From NCBI GenBank assembly GCA_041650805.1, contig JBAZKM010000006.1, positions 17,837-81,836 of the forward strand: DNA of 64,000 nt, read 5' to 3'. Shown here in pieces: positions 28,212 through 36,288 of the stretch (positions are counted from its first letter, which is position 1; each line of letters opens with the position of its first letter). The position numbers and the translations under genes were made by a program. This DNA is from Candidatus Omnitrophota bacterium. Its GTDB lineage: Bacteria; Omnitrophota; Gorgyraeia; 2-01-FULL-45-10. A model generated the notes under the pieces. That model was not told where the DNA came from. It searched no databases and saw only the letters and a program-made list of their open reading frames with translations.

Positions 28212-28262
28212 GAAGGGTTTAGGTGTTAGGGTTTAGGGATTAGAAAAAAGAAAAAGAAAAAA

Positions 28263-28685
28263 ATGAAGAGATCGGAATACGAGGGATTGCAGGATAAGAT
28301 ACGGCACTTGAAGACGCCGAAGATAGAGGTCTGGAAGAACAGTTACCCCGACAGGGATTATGTCATAACGATAGACATACCCGAGTTCACATGTATATGC
28401 CCTAAGACGGGTCTTCCGGATTTTGCTACCATAGTCATACGTTATATACCGGACAGGTGGTGTCTCGAGTTGAAATCGCTGAAATATTACACCATATTCT
28501 ACAGGGATATCGGCATATTCAACGAAAATGCGGTCAATAAAATCCTCGATGATATTGTGAAGGCATCAGGACCTAGGTGGATCGAGGTGATCGGAGAATT
28601 CAATGCGCGCGGGGGGATAAAGACGACGGTGAAGGCAGAATACGGGAATCCTCCAAGCCCCAGGCCCCGAGCTCCAAGCCTATGA
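28263..28685 (+). CDS. queF: NADPH-dependent 7-cyano-7-deazaguanine reductase QueF (unimodular type)
   Basis: Motifs EFTCICPKTGLPDF (catalytic Cys) and QueF motif CLELKSLKYY. Confidence 0.85.
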   Translation: MKRSEYEGLQDKIRHLKTPKIEVWKNSYPDRDYVITIDIPEFTCICPKTGLPDFATIVIRYIPDRWCLELKSLKYYTIFYRDIGIFNENAVNKILDDIVKASGPRWIEVIGEFNARGGIKTTVKAEYGNPPSPRPRAPSL

Positions 28686-29524
28686 GAGAGATAAACGTTG
28701 CAAAAATACGCGACACGGTGCGGGACCTTTGCCTGAAGGCGAATTTCGAGCTGAGGCAGGATATCGTTCGTGCCCTTAAGGCCGCTCTCAAAAAGGAGAC
28801 GGACGGGCGCGCAAAGGGTATCCTGAAGACGATCATTGAGAACGCAAAGCTGGCCGGGAAGAGACGGATCGCAATATGCCAGGATACGGGCATGGCGGTC
28901 GTGTTCGTCGAGGTGGGGCAGGGTGCCGTCATAGCGGGCGGCGACCTTGAGAAGGCGGTCGATGAAGGCGTAGAGGAGGCTTACCGTAAAGGATATCTCA
29001 GGAAGTCGGTAGTGGACGACCCCATCCTGAGGAACAATACACGGACCAATGCCCCGGCCGTACTTATCACCGACATAGTGCGCGGAGATAATATAAGGAT
29101 AACGGTCGCGCCCAAAGGATTCGGCAGCGAGAATAAGAGCGCGATAAAGATGCTCAGGCCCATGGCGTCAACGGCCGATATAAAGGAGTTCGTTAAGGAT
29201 GTGGTGCGGCAGGCCGGTCCGGATGCGTGTCCGCCGCTCGTCCTGGGCATAGGGATCGGCGGGACGTTCGATGGGGCAGCCCATCTCGCGAAGAAGGCCC
29301 TCCTCCGCCCCATAGATGTCAGGAACGGCAAGGGTCACATAGCCAGGCTGGAGAGGGAGCTCCTGAAAGAGATAAACGGTATGGGGATAGGGCCCATGGG
29401 CTTAGGAGGCGATGCCACCGTTCTCGGTGTCAATATCATCGAGTCGCCGACCCATATCGCGGGCCTTCCGGTGGCCGTCAACGTCAGCTGTCACGCGACG
29501 AGGAGCGCGAGCGCGGTATTATGA
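28682..29524 (+). CDS. Class I (Fe-S) fumarate hydratase / tartrate dehydratase, alpha subunit
   Basis: N-terminal catalytic domain of the Fe-S hydro-lyase family (CQDTGMAVVFVEVGQ). ATG overlaps the queF stop (ATGA). Confidence 0.75.
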   Translation: MREINVAKIRDTVRDLCLKANFELRQDIVRALKAALKKETDGRAKGILKTIIENAKLAGKRRIAICQDTGMAVVFVEVGQGAVIAGGDLEKAVDEGVEEAYRKGYLRKSVVDDPILRNNTRTNAPAVLITDIVRGDNIRITVAPKGFGSENKSAIKMLRPMASTADIKEFVKDVVRQAGPDACPPLVLGIGIGGTFDGAAHLAKKALLRPIDVRNGKGHIARLERELLKEINGMGIGPMGLGGDATVLGVNIIESPTHIAGLPVAVNVSCHATRSASAVL

Positions 29525-30069
29525 AGACGATAAGACTGCAAACCCCTCTGGACGCAAAGACATTGAAAGGGCTGAAGGCCGGAGACGAAGTCCTGCTGAG
29601 CGGCACGATATTTACCGCGCGCGACGCGGCGCACAAAAGGATGGCGGATCTTGTAAAAAAAGGGAAGCGCATCCCGCTGAACCTGAAGGATGCCGTAATA
29701 TATTATGCCGGCCCGACCCCGGCCCGGCCGGGCCGCGCGATCGGCTCATGCGGCCCGACGACGAGCTCGCGGATGGACGCGTTCACGCCTTCTCTCCTTG
29801 ATCTGGGCGTGAGGGGCATGATAGGAAAGGGCGACAGGTCGGGAGAGGTGAAGAAGGCGATACGGAAGCACGGATGTGTATATTTTCTGGCGACCGGCGG
29901 CATAGGCGCGCTCCTCTCCGCGAGAGTCAAGTCCGCGAAGGTCGTATTGTACGGGGATCTCGGTCCCGAGGCTGTCCATAAGCTCGAGGTCAGCGATTTT
30001 CCTCTCATAGTGGGGATAGATACGAAAGGTAAAGATGTATATGGCGAGATCAAACGGAAGAAAAAGTAA
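29521..30069 (+). CDS. Class I (Fe-S) fumarate hydratase / tartrate dehydratase, beta subunit
   Basis: C-terminal domain of the family ([26 protein letters not shown]). ATGA overlap with the alpha subunit. Confidence 0.75.
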   Translation: MKTIRLQTPLDAKTLKGLKAGDEVLLSGTIFTARDAAHKRMADLVKKGKRIPLNLKDAVIYYAGPTPARPGRAIGSCGPTTSSRMDAFTPSLLDLGVRGMIGKGDRSGEVKKAIRKHGCVYFLATGGIGALLSARVKSAKVVLYGDLGPEAVHKLEVSDFPLIVGIDTKGKDVYGEIKRKKK

Positions 30070-30769
30070 CGAGTTACGTGATGTTAAGATAACCAGGGAC
30101 TATATAGAATATGCCGAGGGCTCATGCCTCATCGAAGTGGGTTCCACCAGGGTCATATGCACGGCGTCGATCGAGAATACGGTCCCGCCGTTCCTGAAGA
30201 ATACCGGGACCGGCTGGGTCACGGCCGAATACGGCATGCTGCCGCGTTCGTGCAAGACGCGCGTCCAGAGAGAGGCCGCCAAGGGACGGCTTGGGGGCAG
30301 GACCCAGGAGATACAGCGCCTGATAGGCAGGGCCATGAGGGCAGTCGTCGACATGACCAAGCTGGGCGAAAGGACTATCATGCTCGACTGCGATGTAATG
30401 CAGGCTGACGGCGGCACGAGGTGCGCGAGCATCACGGGGAGCTTTATATCTCTCGCCCTTGCCCTGGAGAAGATGAAGAAGGACAGGATAGTCGAGAAGG
30501 TGCCGATCGCCGATTACGTGGCGGCCATAAGCGTCGGCATGATAAAGGGCGAACCGGTCCTGGACCTCGATTATTCGGAGGATTCGAGGGCGGAAGTGGA
30601 CATGAACGTAGTGATGACCGGCGCCGGGAAATTCATCGAGGTCCAGGGGACGGCAGAGAGGGAGCCGTTCAGCAAGAGTGAGATGGACCACCTCCTGGGG
30701 CTTGCCAAAAAAGGCACGGAGGAACTGATCGCTCACCAGAAGAAGGTCATTAAAGGTATAATGCGGTGA
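30035..30769 (+). CDS. rph: Ribonuclease PH
   Basis: RNase PH motifs (RxDGR-like N-terminus, [35 protein letters not shown]). Confidence 0.85.
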   Translation: MYMARSNGRKSNELRDVKITRDYIEYAEGSCLIEVGSTRVICTASIENTVPPFLKNTGTGWVTAEYGMLPRSCKTRVQREAAKGRLGGRTQEIQRLIGRAMRAVVDMTKLGERTIMLDCDVMQADGGTRCASITGSFISLALALEKMKKDRIVEKVPIADYVAAISVGMIKGEPVLDLDYSEDSRAEVDMNVVMTGAGKFIEVQGTAEREPFSKSEMDHLLGLAKKGTEELIAHQKKVIKGIMR

Positions 30770-31362
30770 AGCGCGAACTTATCATAGCGACCAGGAATAA
30801 GAAGAAACTGGTCGAATTGAAGAAGTACCTGAAGGGTGTTAAGGCGGAGGTCCGTTCGCTCCTCGATCTGAAAGGCGCGCCGCGGATAGTGGAGAACGGC
30901 GATACGTTCAGGGAGAATGCCGTCAAGAAGGCGGCGGCCATTTCGAAATTTACAGGCGGCCTTGTCCTGGCGGACGACTCCGGCCTCTGTGTAGATATTC
31001 TCGGGGGCAGACCGGGCGTAAGGTCAGCAAGGTTCGCGGGGCCGGGCAAGCGGGACCCGGACAATAATCTTAAGCTCTTGAAACTGCTGGCTAAGACGCC
31101 CCTCCGGATGCGTAAAGCGCGTTTCATCTGCGCCATAGCCATAGCGGACAGGGGCAGGCCGGTCAGGGTCATAGAGAAGGATTGCAGGGGCCTCATCGCC
31201 TTTTCGACGCGCGGCGCTTACGGGTTCGGATACGATCCGCTCTTCCTCATACCGAAGCACGGTAAGACGTTCGGTGAGCTGGGGCCGAGGGTGAAGGACA
31301 GGATGAGCCATCGCTCGAAGGCGCTTAAGGAAGCCCGGAAGTTCCTGAGGCGATATATTTAG
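30766..31362 (+). CDS. rdgB: Non-canonical purine NTP pyrophosphatase (RdgB/HAM1 family)
   Basis: Motifs [20 protein letters not shown] near the C-terminus. Confidence 0.8.
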   Translation: MKRELIIATRNKKKLVELKKYLKGVKAEVRSLLDLKGAPRIVENGDTFRENAVKKAAAISKFTGGLVLADDSGLCVDILGGRPGVRSARFAGPGKRDPDNNLKLLKLLAKTPLRMRKARFICAIAIADRGRPVRVIEKDCRGLIAFSTRGAYGFGYDPLFLIPKHGKTFGELGPRVKDRMSHRSKALKEARKFLRRYI

Positions 31363-31376
31363 TTCTGTGATATAAT

Positions 31377-31453
31377 CGGGGCGTAGCGCAGTTGGCTAGC
31401 GCGCTTGGTTTGGGACCAAGAGGTCCTCGGTTCGAATCCGAGCGCCCCGACCA
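31377..31453 (+). tRNA. tRNA-Pro (anticodon TGG), CCA encoded
   Basis: CGGGGCG acceptor pairs with CGCCCCG. Anticodon stem-loop CUUGG-UUUGGGA-CCAAG. T-loop GGTTCGAATCC. Confidence 0.85.
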
Positions 31454-31761
31454 TAAGCCTGCCATTTGTTTACGTGTAGGCAGGCTATCCCCGCGAGTAT
31501 ATCGGAAATTTCGGAGAAATTTCCGATATGATTACGAGCGGGGATGATCTCACCGGCTGATGACGGTGATGAAAGTCACCTTCATCTTCTGGTCAGACGG
31601 ATTTCGAAGAAATCCGGCAGCCGCTTAGAAGATGGGGAAGCAGAGCCGGTAGGAAGTAGTCTTGTTCTTCCGAAAGCACTCTGCGAATTTCGTATATCGC
31701 AGGGCGATATCCGAAATTCAATGTTTCGCTTTCGGAAGGAAATTTGCAGAGCAAATTTCAC
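31454..31761 (+). other. 308-nt highly structured intergenic region between tRNA-Pro and tRNA-Arg (unassigned ncRNA or recombination/regulatory element)
   Basis: Several long hairpins. One has a perfect 13-bp palindrome (ATATCGGAAATTT-cggag-AAATTTCCGATAT) nested inside an ATCCCCGC/GCGGGGAT stem. Others include AGCCTGCC/GGCAGGCT and CGGATTTC/GAAATCCG. Confidence 0.4.
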
Positions 31762-31838
31762 GTCCCTGTAGCTCAGCTGGATAGAGCATCTGCCTTCTAA
31801 GCAGAGGGTCGCCTGTTCGAATCAGGCCAGGGACGCCA
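31762..31838 (+). tRNA. tRNA-Arg (anticodon TCT), CCA encoded
   Basis: GTCCCTG/CAGGGAC acceptor. Anticodon loop CUUCUAA. T-loop GTTCGAATC. Confidence 0.85.
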
Positions 31839-31986
31839 TCCGCCTTCGCAATCAACGCGGAAAGCGGCAAGGTGCTTCGGCGGATTTTATCCGCCATAGC
31901 CATCATGCTATAATATGCTGAAGGCGACGGCGGATGTGCCCGCCGAAGCATTCTGTTGCGCTCCGTTGAATGCGAAGGCGGGCCAC
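31839..31986 (+). repeat. Copy A of a ~148-nt MITE-like structured repeat with imperfect terminal inverted repeats, abutting the tRNA-Arg CCA end
   Basis: About 95% identical to 58920-59067. Termini TCCGCCTTCGCAATCAACG ... CGTTGAATGCGAAGGCGG are inverted. Internal long stem GCTTCGGCGG...CCGCCGAAGC. Contains TATAAT. Confidence 0.8.
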
Positions 31987-31996
31987 AAATAGGTGT

Positions 31997-32242
31997 ATGC
32001 ACTACGTTTACATCCTAAAAAGCCTTAAAGTAAGAGATAAAATATACGTTGGTATGACCAATAACCTGAACCGTCGTCTCAAAGAGCACGATGAAGCAGC
32101 AAGTGATAATTACACATATCGCCATCGTCCCTGGAAACTCGAAACATATATTTCATTTCAAAGTAATTTGGCTGCTAAGGAATTCGAAGCTTATTTAAAA
32201 ACAGGCTCAGGTAGAGCATTTATTAGACGACATCTTGTTTAA
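31997..32242 (+). CDS. Small GIY-YIG nuclease-domain protein (UPF0213/YhbQ-like)
   Basis: Motifs YVYILKS...YVGMTNNLNRRLKEH (GIY...YIG...R...H/E). Starts 10 nt after repeat copy A. Confidence 0.7.
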   Translation: MHYVYILKSLKVRDKIYVGMTNNLNRRLKEHDEAASDNYTYRHRPWKLETYISFQSNLAAKEFEAYLKTGSGRAFIRRHLV

Positions 32243-32410
32243 GTGTTTGAGGTACCTGTTAGTCTTCTGTTTTTATTCTTTCGCAAAAATCTTGCTAATA
32301 CTAGGCAATGACTATATAATAACGCTATCGAAATTGAAAAGACGACTATTAGAGAGTTTCGCTCATAATTCGAACCGATATACTTGTCTATAACAAAAAG
32401 CGAGGTGGGT

Positions 32411-33418
32411 ATGAGATTACGAAAATTGAAGTATGCTTTGGTTGCTTTAGCGGTGCTCTTCATATGCGGAGACGTCTGCGCGTTCACGTTCACGAAAGTC
32501 GACAAGGAGGAGCGCAAAAAGCAGGAGATAGACGATCTCCAGAAGAGGTTCGAATGGTGGCCGACCGACGCCCAGCCGCAACCGGTGAAGGACGAGAAGC
32601 GCGGCGGATACTGGTGGATGCCGCGCACCCCGGGCACGACGAGACCGTGGGGTAACCGCGGTTATATTTACGTATATAAGATCATATACGATTACAAAGA
32701 GGAAGAGCTACCGCCGGCTAAGGCCTCGGAGCCGCGCCCGTCGCTCCTCATCAAGAAGATCATAAAGAACGTCAAGGTCTACTTCGATTTCGATAAGGCG
32801 GAACTTCGCGACGATGCCGTATCGGTGCTGGAAGGGGCCGTCGCCTCTTTGCGCCGGAACCCGGAGACGAGCATCCTGATCACCGGTAACTGCGATATCC
32901 GCGGATCCGAACAGTATAACGAGAAACTCGGCCGGCGCCGCGGCGACAGCGTAAAGAAGTTCATGCTCGACAGCGGTGTCCCGGAGAAGAGGGTGATGAT
33001 CGTAAGCCGCGGTAAGCTCGATGCCATAGCGCCGGTGACGGACCTCGCCGGCATGGCAAAAGACAGGAATGCCCAGTTCATGATAGCAGAGGTGGAAGAG
33101 GTCATGATCCCTGCGCCGAGCACGCAGGGTGAGGCCGAAGGGGCCGTCCCGTCCCAGGAGGCGGAACAGATCCCCGAAGGTGCGACGCAGATCGAGGAAG
33201 GGAAGTATCTCATAGAAAAGGAAGAGATAGTCGAGTCGGAGGTCAAGGTCTCCACTAAGACGTACGTCACGAAGAAGGGCGATACGCTCTGGAAGATCGC
33301 AGAGAGGGAGCTCGGCGAGGGCAGAAGGTGGAATACAATATACGAGCTCAATAAGGATAAGATCAAGAACCCGAATAAGCTGAGCGCAGGGAAGAGGCTC
33401 GTTATTCCGGTCGAATAG
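32411..33418 (+). CDS. OmpA-family peptidoglycan-binding protein with C-terminal LysM domain, secreted
   Basis: Signal peptide. OmpA_C-like motif (YFDFDKAELRDDAVSVLE...NCDIRGSEQYNEKLGRRRGDSV). LysM (YVTKKGDTLWKIAE...GKRLVIP). GAGGTGGG RBS. Confidence 0.75.
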   Translation: MRLRKLKYALVALAVLFICGDVCAFTFTKVDKEERKKQEIDDLQKRFEWWPTDAQPQPVKDEKRGGYWWMPRTPGTTRPWGNRGYIYVYKIIYDYKEEELPPAKASEPRPSLLIKKIIKNVKVYFDFDKAELRDDAVSVLEGAVASLRRNPETSILITGNCDIRGSEQYNEKLGRRRGDSVKKFMLDSGVPEKRVMIVSRGKLDAIAPVTDLAGMAKDRNAQFMIAEVEEVMIPAPSTQGEAEGAVPSQEAEQIPEGATQIEEGKYLIEKEEIVESEVKVSTKTYVTKKGDTLWKIAERELGEGRRWNTIYELNKDKIKNPNKLSAGKRLVIPVE

Positions 33419-33424
33419 TTTTGC

Positions 33425-33497
33425 GGTGGGCGTAGCTCAGTCCGCCTTCGCAATCAACGCGTAATAGATTAGGTGCTTCGGCGGATTTCGCACGAAT
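33425..33497 (+). repeat. 16-nt duplicate of the tRNA-His 5' end (33425-33440) followed by a ~57-nt 5' fragment of the MITE-like repeat (partial copy B)
   Basis: ggtgggcgtagctcag is identical to tRNA-His positions 1-16. It is followed by tccgccttcgcaatcaacgcg...ggtgcttcggcggattt, matching the first part of copies A and C. Confidence 0.7.
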
Positions 33498-33505
33498 AGT
33501 TTTAT

Positions 33506-33584
33506 GGTGGGCGTAGCTCAGCTTGGATAGAGCACCTGGCTGTGGCCCAGGGTGTCGCCGGTTCAAATCCGGTCGCCTACCCCA
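33506..33584 (+). tRNA. tRNA-His (anticodon GTG) with G-1 and discriminator C, CCA encoded
   Basis: G-1 followed by GTGGGCG paired with CGCCTAC (one G-U). Anticodon loop CUGUGGC. T-loop GGTTCAAATCC. Confidence 0.8.
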
Positions 33585-33621
33585 ATCATTAACCTCTAAT
33601 AGACATAGGTTAGAGGTTCTA

Positions 33622-33657
33622 GGCTATGATCAGTAACCCTGATCATAGCCTTTTTTA
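33622..33657 (+). terminator. Rho-independent terminator after tRNA-His
   Basis: GGCTATGATCAG-taacc-CTGATCATAGCC 12-bp perfect stem, then TTTTTT. Confidence 0.8.
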
Positions 33658-33887
33658 TCTCTCGATGTCCCTAGGACTTAGGGCATTATTAAATTCCTAG
33701 GAACTTACAAATTTCGGCTTCGGTTTTGTGTGTATATAAACTCGCCTATTCCGCGCCACTATAGACCAAAATCGCCCAATTCCTATCTTATATACTGACG
33801 GCTATATAATGCGAATATCGTCGGTATTTGGAGTATTACTGCGGGGCTGAAAGGTCATTATATAGGACTAGAGACGAGAGGAGAGCT

Positions 33888-35489
33888 TTAGGCGAGCCCT
33901 GCGGTTAATGTCTGCCACATCTTTTTCTGCTTATTCCAGGATATTTCTCTGGTGATCTCATTCATTTTGTATTCGGGGATCAGTTGGATGATGTTATTAT
34001 CTGAAAAGAGAATCTCTTCCTGTATGCTAGGCGCGAGCATCAGCATATTTAGAAGAAGATACATTTTAGTGTGCGTTATATTGAGCCAATCAGCCACCTG
34101 TTTTAAATCTTTAGCCTTGCCGTCTTCAAGTAATCCTTGTATTTGATACGCTAATATTAAAAATTGGCGCAGCTTAGGCTCCTTTAGGATCGCCACAGCT
34201 TTAGGTGTCTCACGTACAAGGCTTGTTGCCAAATCTACATTGAATTCGTAAATTTTAGTAGAGCTTTGCAGTGTTATAAAGACCTTTTTACTCTCGGCTT
34301 CATAAAGTACAACTTTTACTAAGGCGAGAATCGTTTCACGTTGCCTCTCAAATGGCAGGTTCTCCCACGTTCCTGTAGCTATGTTTCTGTTGTCGGAGAT
34401 CTGGCGCAGACACAGCATGATCTGATTCTCGAATCTTAATGCGTTAACGGTCTTTGAAGGGCAATTCTCATAGCCTCGCTTTTGCGCGTTTAAACAAACG
34501 TAGTAAAAGTATTTCCATTTATGATTTTTGGTAGAGTATGCGTATATCATAGAGCTATCGCATGGCTTGCAGCGGACTATTTGGCTTAATAGGCCGATGT
34601 TTTTATGCGGTTTTACTTTTTTCTCGCGTCTATTCTCGTCCAAAATAGTTTGGACCTTATTAAAGACTTCTTCGCTGATTATCGCTTCATGCTGTCCCTG
34701 GTACACCTGCTTGCCTTTGTAGTTAATCTTGCCGATATAGAGCATATTACGCAGCATTAGCTGCATGCTCGTAGCCTTAAATGGAACACCGCCTGACATC
34801 TTACCCTTCCTTAGGTATTGTTTGGTTCGATAACCCCTTTTGTTGAGGATCATGGCTACGGAAAGGAGGGAGCGTTCCTTGGTATAAAGGTCAAACATTT
34901 CTCGGATAATTCGAGCCTCAGCCTCATTGATTACGATCTTATGATTTTCCTTATCGAGGTTATAGCCTAAGGCTGGCCTACCGCCCATCCACTGGCCTTT
35001 CTTGCGCGCAGCGCCCATTTTGTCGCGTGTGCGCTCGGATATGATCTCACGCTCGAACTGTGCGAAAGAGAGCAGAATATTGAGCGTAAGTCGTCCCATT
35101 GACGTATTTGTGTTAAAATGCTGCGTTACGGATACGAAGGCTACGTTATTTTGATCAAAAAATTCCAGCAGCTTACTAAAATCGAGCAATGAGCGCGATA
35201 GTCTGTCTACTTTGTAGACCACCACGCATCCTATTTTCCCAGACTTGATGTCTATTATCAGTTTTTGCAGCGAAGGACGTTCAGTAGTTGCGCCTGAAAA
35301 CCCTGCATCGTCATAGTGATCAGCTAACGTGATCAATCCTTCGGATTTTTGGCTTAGTATATAGCTTTCTGCTGCCTCGCGCTGCGCGTCAAGCGAGGTG
35401 AATTCCTGCTCCATGCCGTCATTCGTAGAAACACGCGTATAGATGGCGCAGGGGATAGGCTTCTTATCTTGTGTTAATTTGTCATCCAT
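33888..35489 (-). CDS. Large serine recombinase (resolvase/invertase N-terminal domain, recombinase domain, zinc-ribbon)
   Basis: Catalytic N-terminus (CAIYTRVSTNDG ... YKVDRLSRSL). 533 aa. C-terminal Cys cluster (CKPCDS...C). Confidence 0.85.
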   Translation of the reverse strand: MDDKLTQDKKPIPCAIYTRVSTNDGMEQEFTSLDAQREAAESYILSQKSEGLITLADHYDDAGFSGATTERPSLQKLIIDIKSGKIGCVVVYKVDRLSRSLLDFSKLLEFFDQNNVAFVSVTQHFNTNTSMGRLTLNILLSFAQFEREIISERTRDKMGAARKKGQWMGGRPALGYNLDKENHKIVINEAEARIIREMFDLYTKERSLLSVAMILNKRGYRTKQYLRKGKMSGGVPFKATSMQLMLRNMLYIGKINYKGKQVYQGQHEAIISEEVFNKVQTILDENRREKKVKPHKNIGLLSQIVRCKPCDSSMIYAYSTKNHKWKYFYYVCLNAQKRGYENCPSKTVNALRFENQIMLCLRQISDNRNIATGTWENLPFERQRETILALVKVVLYEAESKKVFITLQSSTKIYEFNVDLATSLVRETPKAVAILKEPKLRQFLILAYQIQGLLEDGKAKDLKQVADWLNITHTKMYLLLNMLMLAPSIQEEILFSDNNIIQLIPEYKMNEITREISWNKQKKMWQTLTAGLA

Positions 35490-35498
35490 AGTTTTCTC

Positions 35499-35969
35499 TT
35501 ATAGTTTAAAGAAATCAAACGCATTCCAATTTGTACCTGTTATAACCAAGGTAACGGCAGATATGGACTTATAAATCTTACCCTCATACTCAAAGCCTCG
35601 TTCAAGCACTTTTACCTCGAGTTTTTTGCCCTTATACATCCTTATGATTTTGCTTCCCGGGATAGGTAGCCTTTTATCTCTAAATGGCCTGTATGAATAG
35701 TTCTGATTAGCGGCTTCTGGGTCAGGCCGGAGAACCTTATTATTAATGGGATCATACTTAGCAATAAGTTCCTTAATGCGTTTTTGCGCCTTTTCTGATA
35801 TGCTGCCATATTCGAGCTCCTGAAGCCTGTAAGCTATCCGCCTGATCAGATATCTTCTGTTATGCGAGAACTCACCCGGCTCCTTAAAGAGGCCCTTATA
35901 GGCCTCTTGCAGCTCGTAGGCATTCAGCTTAGTTATGGCTGCAATTTTGGCTTCTATTGGCTTTTCCAT
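35499..35969 (-). CDS. Small recombinase-associated protein (DUF2924-like)
   Basis: 156 aa. Located immediately upstream of, and co-oriented with, the large serine recombinase, the arrangement typical for DUF2924. Confidence 0.45.
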   Translation of the reverse strand: MEKPIEAKIAAITKLNAYELQEAYKGLFKEPGEFSHNRRYLIRRIAYRLQELEYGSISEKAQKRIKELIAKYDPINNKVLRPDPEAANQNYSYRPFRDKRLPIPGSKIIRMYKGKKLEVKVLERGFEYEGKIYKSISAVTLVITGTNWNAFDFFKL

Positions 35970-36111
35970 AGGTATCTACCCTCAGTCATATATAGGCATA
36001 GGTTTCGAGGTATAGCAAGTCATATAGAGAGGTATTTTTGATTGTTAAAAGGGGTCAAAAGTAATATAATAAACTACGAGTTACTACATTTTGTTATAAG
36101 AGAGGGCGATT

Positions 36112-36288
36112 ATGGAAACTTTTACCGTAGAAGATTTAGCGAAATATCTTAAACTGCATACATTCACTGTCCGGCGCCTAGCCAGAGAAGGGAAGATACC
36201 ATCTTTCAAGGCTGGTGGGCAATGGCGGTTCCGCAAAGATGAGATAGAAAATTGGTCTCGAAATAACAGATCAGAAGGAAGTAAATGA
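36112..36288 (+). CDS. Excisionase-family helix-turn-helix DNA-binding protein (58 aa)
   Basis: METFTVEDLAKYLKLHTFTVRRLAREGKIPSFKAGGQWRFRKDEIENW matches the excisionase/MerR-like HTH pattern (…KVGGxWRFRKxDI). Stop overlaps the SNF2 start (ATGA). Not in the ORF track because it is under 60 aa. Confidence 0.7.
   Translation: METFTVEDLAKYLKLHTFTVRRLAREGKIPSFKAGGQWRFRKDEIENWSRNNRSEGSK

Noticed and set aside
28212-28262. Possible preQ1-I riboswitch in the A-rich tract upstream of queF
   Set aside because: The A-rich tail is present, but I could not fold a convincing P1 stem/pseudoknot with the UUC/ACCC elements. More likely a G-rich repeat plus poly-A spacer.
31454-31761. RNase P RNA, SRP RNA or 6S RNA in the tRNA spacer
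   Set aside because: No GGAAAGUCCGG/ACAGAAAGCC-type RNase P motifs, no SRP domain-IV GGAAGCAGCC-with-GNRA context, and the size and shape are wrong for 6S. Left as an unassigned structured element.
31544-31771. 75-aa plus-strand ORF inside the structured tRNA-Pro/tRNA-Arg spacer
   Set aside because: No RBS. Runs into the tRNA-Arg gene. The sequence is dominated by hairpins, so it is more likely structured RNA than protein.
31718-32002. Minus-strand ORFs 31718-32002 and 58736-59122 sharing the peptide GPPSHSTERNRMLRRAHPPSPSAYYSMMAMADKIRRS
   Set aside because: The shared peptide is simply the translation of the duplicated 148-nt MITE-like repeat. The ORFs overlap tRNA-Arg or intergenic DNA and have no RBS. 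Judged non-coding.
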